From Thermoproteota archaeon (GTDB lineage: Archaea; Korarchaeota; Korarchaeia; Korarchaeales; Korarchaeaceae), in contig JAOZGP010000024.1 in the NCBI GenBank assembly GCA_027491735.1, positions 1 through 36,146 of the forward strand: a DNA stretch of 36,146 nucleotides, given 5' to 3'. The position numbers and the translations under genes were made by a program. This document shows, in pieces, positions 9,027 to 17,699 of this stretch (positions are counted from its first letter, which is position 1; each line of letters starts with the position of its first letter). The notes beneath the pieces were generated by a model that worked only from the letters and a program-made list of their open reading frames with translations, was not told the DNA's origin and did no database searches.

Positions 9027-9524
9027 TCATGAGGCTTTTTTCTTGCCGATCCTTAGATCTTTTGGCACTATGGAAATTCTCTCCGCTATCGTCTCGAGCA
9101 CCAGTGAGGTATTGGACTCCTTTATGCCCGGTATGGTCAGGACTTTCTGGAGCAGGGAGTTGAGCTCCACCTGATCTCCAGCTATCACCTTGACTATAAC
9201 ATCATAAGGACCTGTTATCTCATGAATCTCTAGTGCATTGTCCTTTATACAGTCGTAAATCTTCTTTGCAACCTCTTTGTGTTTTCCGGGATCTGTCTTC
9301 AAAAGTATTATGTACTTGTATGCCTTTCCCAGCTTGGCGTGATCGATCACAGCTGTGTAGTACTTTATTATGCCCATACTCTCCAGCTTTTTGACCTTTT
9401 TCATTACGCCAGCCGGGCTCATCCCGAGCTCCTTGGCCACATTTGTGTAGGTGACGCGTCCATCCTCAACAAGCTTTTTAAGGATCTCGATCTCTTTTTC
9501 GCTAAATCTTTTTCTTCTAGGCAT
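9027..9524 (-). CDS. Lrp/AsnC family transcriptional regulator
   Basis: N-terminal HTH (DGRVTYTNVAKELGMS...LESMGIIK) and RAM domain (ITGPYD); ATG 9524 preceded by GGTGGT. Confidence 0.92.
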   Translation of the reverse strand: MPRRKRFSEKEIEILKKLVEDGRVTYTNVAKELGMSPAGVMKKVKKLESMGIIKYYTAVIDHAKLGKAYKYIILLKTDPGKHKEVAKKIYDCIKDNALEIHEITGPYDVIVKVIAGDQVELNSLLQKVLTIPGIKESNTSLVLETIAERISIVPKDLRIGKKKAS

Positions 9525-9605
9525 ACCACCACCTCTAAAGGTGAACCACCTCAGTGTCAAGCGCTGTAGTATAAAAAATTTATGGTTAAGAGGGGGTTAA
9601 GTTGC

Positions 9606-11297
9606 ATGGACTTTAACAAAAGTAGTGATATAGTAAAGAAGAGAGCTCATTTGGTCTTCCAGCTGAGATCCGCTAGGATGGCAATCGTTGCCCTGGCTAT
9701 CATGCTCTGTATGACTTACCTGATGACTGCCCTTTTTGTGGGAAAAATCTTGGCTCTTAAGATATCGGTTCTCTTCGCCGTTTCCTTTGCGATCTCCACG
9801 ATCATCAATAAATTTTCAAGTAAGATCATGAGCGTTAGACGTTCGCTTTGGAGCTCGCTGTTGGTGTTGTCCCCCGAGGCTCTGGCGGTTATCACAACAG
9901 CACCTTTCGATTTATGGAATAAAGCTCTGCCGGTTCTTACCTACACGTCCACCTACCTGTCGCTGTTGGTTGGCCTCAGCTTATATAGATCAAAGATGTC
10001 AAAGATCCTCTCGACGATCCCGCCCCTGATCCCGAACGCCATCTGCCCAAGCTATATCCTGCTTGTGTCCTTGACGTTAGCCATCTTCACGATCAAGCTG
10101 ACTGACGTCGTGGTAGACAGGATATCCTCCATGGGACACTGTCGAGGTCTTTCCATAGGAAGGGTTGTAGCTGAGCTACTGTTGAGCTCCGATCCGACAG
10201 AGTTGGAGAGTGTGCTTACTGAAAGGAGTATAGAGGACGAGATCAGAATTACCTGCGTGAGAATGAGAAGCGTGGCTTTGATCTCCGCCGACATACATCC
10301 GGGGCCCTATAAAGCTGGAAGCTCGAGAGCTCCTCGCCTCATAATGGAACATCTTGACAAAGAAGGTGTGTCCTCTGTTTTCCTGAGAAGAGCTAGTACG
10401 CACACCAGAAACCTGCCATCAGAGAGTGAGGTGAGGAGAGTTGCTGACCGTGTAGCATCCCTTGTCAGAGGCGGCAAAAACGTCGACACAGGAGAGCTCG
10501 TGTGGATGAAGAGAGGACCATTTGAGATAACGGCTCAGGCTTTCGGAAGTACCGTGCTTGCTACTGTGAGTGGGCGGGGCCTTGAGAGCTTCGAGGACAT
10601 ACCCAATTCCACTGATAGAAGAGTTAACGAAGTAATGAGAGCAAAGGGACTCGATGTAAGCGTTGTGGTGGTTGACAGACATGATTGCCTTACGCCAGGA
10701 GGATACAGCAAAGTAGATCCATTCAGTCCAGAGGAGGATGAGCTTGTGAGGTACATAGTCGAGGTCGTGGAGAAAGCCCTGGCCTCGAAAAGATCATCTC
10801 TCATCAGAGTTGGTTTTTCCAAGCTCCATCTGGATCTAGACAGTCTCGGCGAGGGAGGGATAAGGGTTATCGTACTGGAGGTTGGGGGCAATAAAGCAGC
10901 TTACATATGTGTGGACTCGAACAACATGCTGCCAAAGATGAGGGACCTCATCACCAACGAAGTGGCCTCTCTCGGGATAACTCCGATAGTGATCACAACA
11001 GATACGCACGAGACTATGACGGTGAGAAAGACGGATAATCCGTTTGGATACGAATGTAACGAAGACGAGATGAAGAAGATAGCCTCGAAGATACGCAAAC
11101 TCGTTAGAGAGGCTTCGAGGAGCCTCGTAGAATGTAGGGCAGCTATCAACTCATCAAAGATTAGCTGCAGGATAGTTGGCGAGGAGGTCATGGACGACAT
11201 ATTCTGGAAGATAGAAAGGGCTAATTACGCTCCTTATCTTATAGGTCTAGCTGTGGTTCCTGTTCAACTGGCGCTTCTCGTTTCCGCTTTGATCTAG
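9606..11297 (+). CDS. DUF2070-like archaeal membrane protein
   Basis: N-terminal multi-TM region, then IHPGP, STH, VDRHD, DSNNM, TTDTH motifs and a C-terminal TM helix; start 9606 has a GAGGGGG RBS. Confidence 0.7.
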   Translation: MDFNKSSDIVKKRAHLVFQLRSARMAIVALAIMLCMTYLMTALFVGKILALKISVLFAVSFAISTIINKFSSKIMSVRRSLWSSLLVLSPEALAVITTAPFDLWNKALPVLTYTSTYLSLLVGLSLYRSKMSKILSTIPPLIPNAICPSYILLVSLTLAIFTIKLTDVVVDRISSMGHCRGLSIGRVVAELLLSSDPTELESVLTERSIEDEIRITCVRMRSVALISADIHPGPYKAGSSRAPRLIMEHLDKEGVSSVFLRRASTHTRNLPSESEVRRVADRVASLVRGGKNVDTGELVWMKRGPFEITAQAFGSTVLATVSGRGLESFEDIPNSTDRRVNEVMRAKGLDVSVVVVDRHDCLTPGGYSKVDPFSPEEDELVRYIVEVVEKALASKRSSLIRVGFSKLHLDLDSLGEGGIRVIVLEVGGNKAAYICVDSNNMLPKMRDLITNEVASLGITPIVITTDTHETMTVRKTDNPFGYECNEDEMKKIASKIRKLVREASRSLVECRAAINSSKISCRIVGEEVMDDIFWKIERANYAPYLIGLAVVPVQLALLVSALI

Positions 11298-11329
11298 GGC
11301 CTCAACGCGACGTCGCATGACACACAAAT

Positions 11330-11337
11330 TTTTTATT
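11330..11337 (+). promoter_or_regulatory. Probable TATA box of tRNA gene
   Basis: TTTTTATT 25 nt upstream of mature tRNA 5' end. Confidence 0.5.
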
Positions 11338-11362
11338 GTGGAAGGAAGCCCTGGAGTTCCGG

Positions 11363-11455
11363 GGGCCCGTAGCTCAGTATGGTCAGAGCACCGGGCTTTT
11401 AGGACATGATGTCGAGGAAACCCGGGGGTCGCGGGTTCAAATCCCGCCGGGCCCG
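11363..11455 (+). tRNA. tRNA-Lys(UUU) with 18-nt intron at 37/38 (11402-11419)
   Basis: Acceptor GGGCCCG/CGGGCCC, T arm GCGGG-TTCAAAT-CCCGC, anticodon stem CCGGG/CCCGG, anticodon TTT at 11398-11400, BHB motif; no encoded CCA. Confidence 0.95.
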
Positions 11456-11499
11456 CTTTCTGCTTGAAATTAATTGATCCGAGGGAAGAGATGGAAAAG

Positions 11500-12339
11500 T
11501 CACCTGACGACCTCTTCGACTTCTCTATACCACTTAGACTTGGTTCCCTTCTTAGCTCTCTTCTGCCATTTCTTTGTCTTTGGTTCCTCATCTAGAGCTT
11601 TTAGCAGTTCGTCAACTTTCCTCCTAGTCAGGGCTACCTCTTCTTCATTTAGAACTCCTTCCTCCTTTAGGATGTCAGCAGTGGCTTTAACCTTTTCGAG
11701 ATTGTTCTTGGCATCATACCAGAAGCCCCAGTCATCCGCTAGAAGCTTCGCTATGTATTTCACATTTATCAGACCCTTGCCCTCCTTGTCCAAAAACTCG
11801 TGGCTTAGAAAAAGCACAACTAGATCCACTAAGTCCTTTCTGTTGATGTCATGTATCTGCAGCTTCTCCAAAACCACATCTGTTGGGGAGATTGCTGGAA
11901 AGCTGAGCTCGAGTCTTCCCTCCCCAGGCTTCTTGCCGAAAGGTATGTCGTGGCTGAACTCCAGTCTGTCAAAGAAGACGTCTATGTGATACTTGCCTTC
12001 TGGATGATAATATATCAGCCTTTTGTTTGAGAACAGAGCGTTTATCATCTTATCTGGGAGAAATCTCATTTCTTCAAAGAACTTTTTTACCTGCTTGGAT
12101 TGTTTGCTGTATGCCATCAGATCGAGATCGGTAAACATGGGAGCTCCCTCGGCACCAAAGCGAACCTTGTGGATCTCCCTCATCCTGGGATTGTCCTTTG
12201 TGTGAAGGTAGACCGCCATCGCTCCCAATATTCTAAGAATTATGCCCTTCTCCTGAGCCTTGCTCACCAGATCCACACACTCGTTGACAAACTCCTCTTC
12301 TCTCATCTCAACGAAGTGAATTCCCTCATGAGAGCTCAA
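11500..12339 (-). CDS. Uncharacterised nucleotidyltransferase-fold protein (Pol-beta superfamily, AbiEii/DUF2204-like motifs)
   Basis: RILGAMAVYLH, TDLDL (DxD), HIDVF third Asp, EKL...NRKDLVD, basic aromatic C-terminal tail. Confidence 0.6.
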   Translation of the reverse strand: MSSHEGIHFVEMREEEFVNECVDLVSKAQEKGIILRILGAMAVYLHTKDNPRMREIHKVRFGAEGAPMFTDLDLMAYSKQSKQVKKFFEEMRFLPDKMINALFSNKRLIYYHPEGKYHIDVFFDRLEFSHDIPFGKKPGEGRLELSFPAISPTDVVLEKLQIHDINRKDLVDLVVLFLSHEFLDKEGKGLINVKYIAKLLADDWGFWYDAKNNLEKVKATADILKEEGVLNEEEVALTRRKVDELLKALDEEPKTKKWQKRAKKGTKSKWYREVEEVVR

Positions 12340-12352
12340 CTCGATGCACCCC

Positions 12353-13312
12353 CTACCCCTCTATCTTCCAGTAGTTCTTCAAACCGTCTGGTTCTAACTC
12401 TATGATGAAACCCCTTAGAAGACCTTCCGTGTACTCACTACCAGGATTGACCACCACCGTGTTGCCCAGCTTGTCGCTGGCGTAGCTCTCGTGTATGTGA
12501 CCATGAAGACCCATTAAGGGTTGGTATTCCTCTATTATCTTCCTGACAGCCTTCGAACCCACATGAACCAAAACGGGTCTGCCCCCCACATAGACGGGCT
12601 TGAGGTTCTTGTCAAGCTTGGGAGCAAGGTCTAATTTAGTTCCGAAAGGAGGACAGTGGAAGTTGAACAGTACCTTGCTGAAGTCCTTCAACCCGAACTT
12701 ATCTATTTTCTTGCGGAGCATCTTCTCAAGCTTGTTCTCAGGAGCCTCGCGGGGAGTGTTCCATGGAGTTGGGTTGACGTACTCGTGGCTGATTATCTGA
12801 TACCCATACTTCAGCTCCACAATCTTGTCGAGAGGATTTATCACACCTCTATCCTCGTAGCTGTTTATCACCTCATCTATATATTTCTCATCATCATTGC
12901 CGGGCATTACTATCGCCGTGATCTCCTTAGTGTCGACCTTCTCCACCAGGAGATTCAGCCACTTCCTCATCCTCTCTATCATCACCTGCTTGAACATCTC
13001 CTCTTGCTTCTTTGGATCGGCTGCTATCTCCTGAACCTCATCTGGAGTCAGTATTACATAGTAGTAGGCCATGTTTTCTATCCTCTCCTTGAGATTATCA
13101 AGCTCCCTCTCTGTCTTGGCGACTGACTTCCTCCCGAGAACCTCAGCTTCGTAGCTATCCTTCTTGATAAAGATAGGAATTATCGCCTTACCAGTTAGGT
13201 CGCCAGCCAATATTATCACGTTAGCTTTATAGACGTTGATGGCGTTGAGCCACTTCCTCCAGACCAAGGTATTCCCGTGTATATCCGCCGCAAAAAACAT
13301 TCTTATAGTCAT
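12353..13312 (-). CDS. Icc-like metallophosphoesterase with large insertion
   Basis: ADIHG, AGDLTGK, PGNDD, FHCPP, HGHIHE, NPGS motifs. Confidence 0.85.
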   Translation of the reverse strand: MTIRMFFAADIHGNTLVWRKWLNAINVYKANVIILAGDLTGKAIIPIFIKKDSYEAEVLGRKSVAKTERELDNLKERIENMAYYYVILTPDEVQEIAADPKKQEEMFKQVMIERMRKWLNLLVEKVDTKEITAIVMPGNDDEKYIDEVINSYEDRGVINPLDKIVELKYGYQIISHEYVNPTPWNTPREAPENKLEKMLRKKIDKFGLKDFSKVLFNFHCPPFGTKLDLAPKLDKNLKPVYVGGRPVLVHVGSKAVRKIIEEYQPLMGLHGHIHESYASDKLGNTVVVNPGSEYTEGLLRGFIIELEPDGLKNYWKIEG

Positions 13313-13360
13313 AAGTCAACACCTTCTGAGGCTTGGACGAGAAAGTCCTCCAGCAAGAAG

Positions 13361-13368
13361 TATAAAAA
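13361..13368 (-). promoter_or_regulatory. Probable TATA box (TTTTTATA) for the phosphoesterase-NTase pair
   Basis: In the 130-nt gap, 48 nt upstream of ATG 13312. Confidence 0.45.
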
Positions 13369-13415
13369 GGTTTAAAATTGAATGGGTGAGGAACAAGAAA
13401 GTATCTCTTTCAGAT

Positions 13416-13440
13416 AAAAAGAGAAGGAAGAGGGAGGAAA
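13416..13440 (-). terminator. Pyrimidine/T-rich tract after permease stop
   Basis: Unbroken pyrimidine run ending in TTTTT on the minus strand directly after the stop codon. Confidence 0.45.
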
Positions 13441-13442
13441 GA

Positions 13443-15146
13443 TCACGCTGGAGGTATCTCTGTGTATATCGTTCTGACGTCTATTCCACGTCTCTGGTTG
13501 TATATGAGGAACCCTGCGAACATGAACGCTCCAAGACCCATCCAGAACGACTGCTGGAACCATATATCTACTCCAAGCTCAGCGCTGGATACCATGAAGA
13601 AGAAGAAGTTTACAGCAAAGGAGAATGCTCCTATTATGGAGACCACTGGTACGCCACCTATCTCCCACCTGATTGGTGATTTCTCATAGAGGTCTGACTT
13701 GACGTATGGCAGAACCGCTCCTGCTAAGCTAGCGGTCATCACAGCAAATTGGTACAAGTTGCTCGTATCAGCAGCTGCCACCCAGGCTCCTTCCTCTCCG
13801 CCGTTGGCCCATATCAGAAGGACCCCGGCCAAGCCACCCAGCATCGTGAGCAGTATGGCCCAATGCGGACTGTGGAAGGTCTCGTTCACAGCAGCGAACA
13901 CCTCAGGGAAGAATCTGTCGAAGGCCCAAGCGAAGACCATCCTGCTAGCCACCACGAAGAAGGCTGGTATGTCCTTGAGCAGTATTATGCCAACAACAAA
14001 TCCATTGAATATCTGAAGCCAGGCAAGTCCCTTCGGCACAAGAGGTATCGTGAAAGAAGTTACGGCATTCCAAGGCATCACGTGGGTTGGAGGAATGCCC
14101 ATCAGATCCGCTAACCCCTTCACTCCCAGCTTGTTATACACATAAGCATAGAGGGCTGTGAAGTAAACTCTATCTGCTGGAACTCCATGGGACTGAAGCC
14201 AGCTCATGGCTCCAGTCGACTGAAGAACGCTCTGCGGAACCTGCCAGGAGGTGTAGAATAGAAATGGCAGAGTTATGTAGTAAGCCATTATAACGAGAGT
14301 TCCAAAAATCTGTGCTACAAGGAGAGAGGTGGCGGGAGTCTTTATCTCGCCTCCAACGAACACGGCGGAGACTATACCGATGTAGGCCCATATTGCACCG
14401 ACCCCAGCGTTTATTGTCGCTGCCCAGCTGAACGATTGTACTGGTGGGCTTCCAAGCTCAAATGCCTTGGCTACTATTTTCTGATAGGCGTTCGCTCCAA
14501 ACATGCTGTTGAAGGCTGCAACAGCGTTAACTGGATTGGATCCCCAGATGGAGAGTATCACCAGGTTGCTCAGGCAGCCGAGTATGGCTATCGTTCCAAG
14601 AATATTTATTATCCACCCATAAATCCTCATCCCGAGAAAAGCTATCGCCCCGAAAACTATAACGAATATCAGCGAAAGCACTATATGTCCTGTCATTGTG
14701 TTCATCCAGGCCGCTGTGGAGAGAAGACCCTCGTCTCTAAGGGCTATTCCGGCTGCTGTGACCGCCCCCGTGAAGAAGTCTATCGAATACCAAGCTATTA
14801 TGCCATAGCTGAGCACCTCAGTGAACCAGAATCCCCAAGATGCGATGAAGCCGAGAGCAGGGCTCAGACCCCTGGTTATGAAGATGTAGTCTCCGCCCGT
14901 TCTCGGCATCATGGCTCCCATGATTGTGTATACCAGGGCCGTCGGAATAGCAGCTATGAGACCAACTATGAGGAAGGACCATGGAACAAAGGCTGCCGGA
15001 TACTGGTAGGCGGCGGTGACAGAGAGCTTATGTATTCCTCCACCTACGGTGTGTGTGAAGCATATCATGAAGGCGGTGAATGGGCCCACGGTTCTGACAA
15101 GGCCTGAAGCACGTCTTACAAACATCGTAGGCGCTTCAGAACTCAT
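13443..15146 (-). CDS. APC family amino acid/polyamine/organocation permease
   Basis: FVRRASGLVR, MPRTGGDYIFITR, GGEIKTP, SRMVFAWAFDR, about 12 TM segments, C-terminal EIPP. Confidence 0.9.
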   Translation of the reverse strand: MSSEAPTMFVRRASGLVRTVGPFTAFMICFTHTVGGGIHKLSVTAAYQYPAAFVPWSFLIVGLIAAIPTALVYTIMGAMMPRTGGDYIFITRGLSPALGFIASWGFWFTEVLSYGIIAWYSIDFFTGAVTAAGIALRDEGLLSTAAWMNTMTGHIVLSLIFVIVFGAIAFLGMRIYGWIINILGTIAILGCLSNLVILSIWGSNPVNAVAAFNSMFGANAYQKIVAKAFELGSPPVQSFSWAATINAGVGAIWAYIGIVSAVFVGGEIKTPATSLLVAQIFGTLVIMAYYITLPFLFYTSWQVPQSVLQSTGAMSWLQSHGVPADRVYFTALYAYVYNKLGVKGLADLMGIPPTHVMPWNAVTSFTIPLVPKGLAWLQIFNGFVVGIILLKDIPAFFVVASRMVFAWAFDRFFPEVFAAVNETFHSPHWAILLTMLGGLAGVLLIWANGGEEGAWVAAADTSNLYQFAVMTASLAGAVLPYVKSDLYEKSPIRWEIGGVPVVSIIGAFSFAVNFFFFMVSSAELGVDIWFQQSFWMGLGAFMFAGFLIYNQRRGIDVRTIYTEIPPA

Positions 15147-15295
15147 ATCTCATCACCTTTATATCAGTTCTACTGAAGATTTTCCTGATCGCCTTTGTGC
15201 TAGGAAGAGATATTATTTAAATTTTTACTTGATGATCACCTCCTTGTGGAAAGATCATGCGAATTGGCCTAGTTAGATACAATAAGGTGGCCAAA

Positions 15296-15919
15296 ATGGG
15301 CAGGAAAGATAAGGAGATTGTCGATAACCTGATCTTTATCATAGAGGCCTTGGATGGATATAGAGTCGGGAGGAACGTGGATCCAGGGGTGTTGGAAAAG
15401 AAGATGAATTATGTTGAGCCCATCGCTGGAAAAGTTCTCGATAGAAAGAGGCGGAAGGTCCTGCTCTCAGCAGCTGATTACATGATAAACCTGCCAGCGA
15501 AGAGCAAGAGTGCTAGGACATGGTCAGGTGTGTTTCTCATCTCGAGGCTTCTGATAAGGGTAACATTTGTCGTATTTCTCGTGTCGGTCCTCATGTACTT
15601 CATCTCTCCACCGTCTGTAGGAAACACATTGCTCATCACCGGAGTGGTCCTGTTTTACATGGCAGCGGTGATGAGATGGTACTCTCTCAACAAACTACTT
15701 GACTTCTACGAGCGACAGTCCGGAAGAGCGGATGCCAAGAGAATGATCCTCAGAAAGGCTGTGAAAGACTTAATATTATTTCTCAGAGGATACCTGGAGG
15801 ATTTAGGAGTCAGGAAGGAGAAGGTTAAGCTACATCTGTACAACGTGGACTATGAGGGGATAGTAGTCCTCAAAAGGCCTGGATGGCTCAGGGATAACTA
15901 CATAGTGGTGCTCTCCTGA
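15296..15919 (+). CDS. Hypothetical membrane protein (two central TM helices)
   Basis: Hydrophobic hairpin flanked by basic soluble regions; AGGTGG RBS before ATG 15296; TGATG coupling to next gene. Confidence 0.65.
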   Translation: MGRKDKEIVDNLIFIIEALDGYRVGRNVDPGVLEKKMNYVEPIAGKVLDRKRRKVLLSAADYMINLPAKSKSARTWSGVFLISRLLIRVTFVVFLVSVLMYFISPPSVGNTLLITGVVLFYMAAVMRWYSLNKLLDFYERQSGRADAKRMILRKAVKDLILFLRGYLEDLGVRKEKVKLHLYNVDYEGIVVLKRPGWLRDNYIVVLS

Positions 15920-16713
15920 TGCTGGAGATTGTGGTGGAAAAGAACGTTCTAGGGCTAGGGGAACCAATAAGAGGAGTCTGTAGAGCTGATGGTGTAAGAG
16001 CCAAGCTTATTGTTCTTTTAGCAACGAATTTAGAGGATTTAGAGAGATCTGCTCACATATGGAAGGTCGTCAGCTCCTATGTAAGGAGCTTTGATCTCCC
16101 CCACGGAGAGTTCATCTTGAACTATCCCGATGATCTCCCACCTTCAGTGTACTCCCAACACCTCAAGGTGAGGTGGTCGCTCATCTTTGGGATACCGAGA
16201 TTCGGTGGTAAGATCTTCTGGCCACGAAAGGAGCTCAGGCTCAAGGTATTCCCGAGAGAAATCCCTCTAGATGAGGGAGATCCGGAGATAAGGCTTGCTA
16301 GTAGAATCCTGCGACCAGGTGATGTGATAGAGGGCTCCTTCTTCGTACCTGGAGGAATGGCAAGGCTCTCTCTTGTTGGATTGAAGGTGAAGGAGTGGTT
16401 AAGAGATAGAGGAAAAACTTTCAGAAATGAGTATACGGCTGCTGAGGCTGAAATCTATGAGATCAGTGGGGAGAGGGGGAGATTTAGGTTTGTGGTAGAG
16501 AAGGACGCCACTGATGTTAAAGATGTCGCTTACTTCTATCCATACACCTTCAATGGTCGGATAGGAGGTATTGAGGTGGGCATAGAGGCCAGAGTGGAGG
16601 TTGAAAATGAGAAGGGGGTCTTCAGAAAACCGGTCGCTCTCCTGCCAAGACCGCCAAGGCTCGGCAGAGGAGAAGAGAGAGGTAGAAGAGCTGGACCTCT
16701 CCTGCCCGTCTAG
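15919..16713 (+). CDS. Hypothetical protein with two tandem arrestin/SpoOM-like beta-sandwich domains
   Basis: Repeat 1 EIVVEKNVLGLGEPIRG...YPDDLPPSVYSQHLKVRWSL...LKVFPR; repeat 2 EIRLASRILRPGDVIEG...YPYTFNGRIGGIEVGIEARV...VALLPR. ORF is solid; fold is inferred. Confidence 0.55.
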   Translation: MLEIVVEKNVLGLGEPIRGVCRADGVRAKLIVLLATNLEDLERSAHIWKVVSSYVRSFDLPHGEFILNYPDDLPPSVYSQHLKVRWSLIFGIPRFGGKIFWPRKELRLKVFPREIPLDEGDPEIRLASRILRPGDVIEGSFFVPGGMARLSLVGLKVKEWLRDRGKTFRNEYTAAEAEIYEISGERGRFRFVVEKDATDVKDVAYFYPYTFNGRIGGIEVGIEARVEVENEKGVFRKPVALLPRPPRLGRGEERGRRAGPLLPV

Positions 16714-17699
16714 GAGCTGTAGAAGTGACACGCAACCAGATGACCGGAGCTGACCTCCACAAGCTCAGGTTCCTTCTTAATGCATATGTCCTCGGCGTAG
16801 GGACACCTGGTATGAAATCGACAACCTGATGGCACGTTTATTGGGCTTGGTATCTCTCCTTTCAGTTTCAACCTCTCTCTCCGTCCCCCTAAAGTGGGTA
16901 CAGGTATGGCGCTCATGAGCGCCCTGGTATACGGGTGAAGAGGCTTTGAGAACATGATCTCAGTGGGGCCCTTCTCCACTATCTTTCCGAGATACATTAT
17001 TGCTATCCTATTGGATATATACTTCGCCACAGCCAGATCGTGGGTTATGAAGAGATAGGCCAGATTCAGCTCCTCCCTGAACTTCAACATGAGCTCCAAT
17101 ATTGACGCTCTAAGAGATACATCTATCATTGAGACCGGTTCATCTGCCACAACAAACTCCGGTTTTGTTATCATGGCCCTGGCTATGGCCACCCTCTGCC
17201 TCTGACCTCCGCTGAGGTTCCTGGGGTACAGGTCGTAGAACCTGTCTGAGGGACTTAGCCCTACCTCCTCGAGAACGTCGAGGACCATCTCCTTTGCTTC
17301 CCTACCGCTAGCTATCCCATGAACCTCAAGAGGATCTTTCACAATGTCTCCGATCTTCATTCTTGGGTTAAGGGATGCGTAAGGGTCCTGATATATGACT
17401 TGCATGTGTCTCCTGATGCTTCTGAGTTCCTCTCCTTCCAAGTGGGTTATGTCTCTTCCTTTGAACAGGATCTTCCCACTGGTCGGTTTGTAGAGTCTCA
17501 GCACCAGCTTGCCCGTAGTGGTCTTGCCACTACCGGACTCGCCCACCAGTGAGAGGATCTCTCCTTTTTTCATATGAAAGGAGATCCCATCTACAGCCCT
17601 AATGAACTCAGTTTCTCCGGATATCAGCCTCTCCAGGAAGGACTTTGTCACTGGAAAGTGCTTCCTTAAATTTTTAACCTGTAATATAGTGTTGGTCAT
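16710..17699 (-). CDS. oppF: Oligopeptide/dipeptide ABC transporter ATP-binding protein
   Basis: GESGSGKT, LSGGQRQR, ADEP, HPYT, GCRFHTRCP. Confidence 0.92.
   Translation of the reverse strand: MTNTILQVKNLRKHFPVTKSFLERLISGETEFIRAVDGISFHMKKGEILSLVGESGSGKTTTGKLVLRLYKPTSGKILFKGRDITHLEGEELRSIRRHMQVIYQDPYASLNPRMKIGDIVKDPLEVHGIASGREAKEMVLDVLEEVGLSPSDRFYDLYPRNLSGGQRQRVAIARAMITKPEFVVADEPVSMIDVSLRASILELMLKFREELNLAYLFITHDLAVAKYISNRIAIMYLGKIVEKGPTEIMFSKPLHPYTRALMSAIPVPTLGGRRERLKLKGEIPSPINVPSGCRFHTRCPYAEDICIKKEPELVEVSSGHLVACHFYSS

Noticed and set aside
11307-11316. Palindrome GCGACGTCGC upstream of the tRNA promoter
   Set aside because: A 10-bp palindrome is expected by chance many times in 36 kb; no other support
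11247-11591. 114-aa minus-strand ORF
   Set aside because: Spans the tRNA antisense (AGPAGFEPAT is a typical tRNA shadow translation)
11430-16713. Integrated element at the tRNA-Lys 3' end
   Set aside because: No integrase and no duplicate of the tRNA 3' end found by eye in the window; no obvious compositional shift
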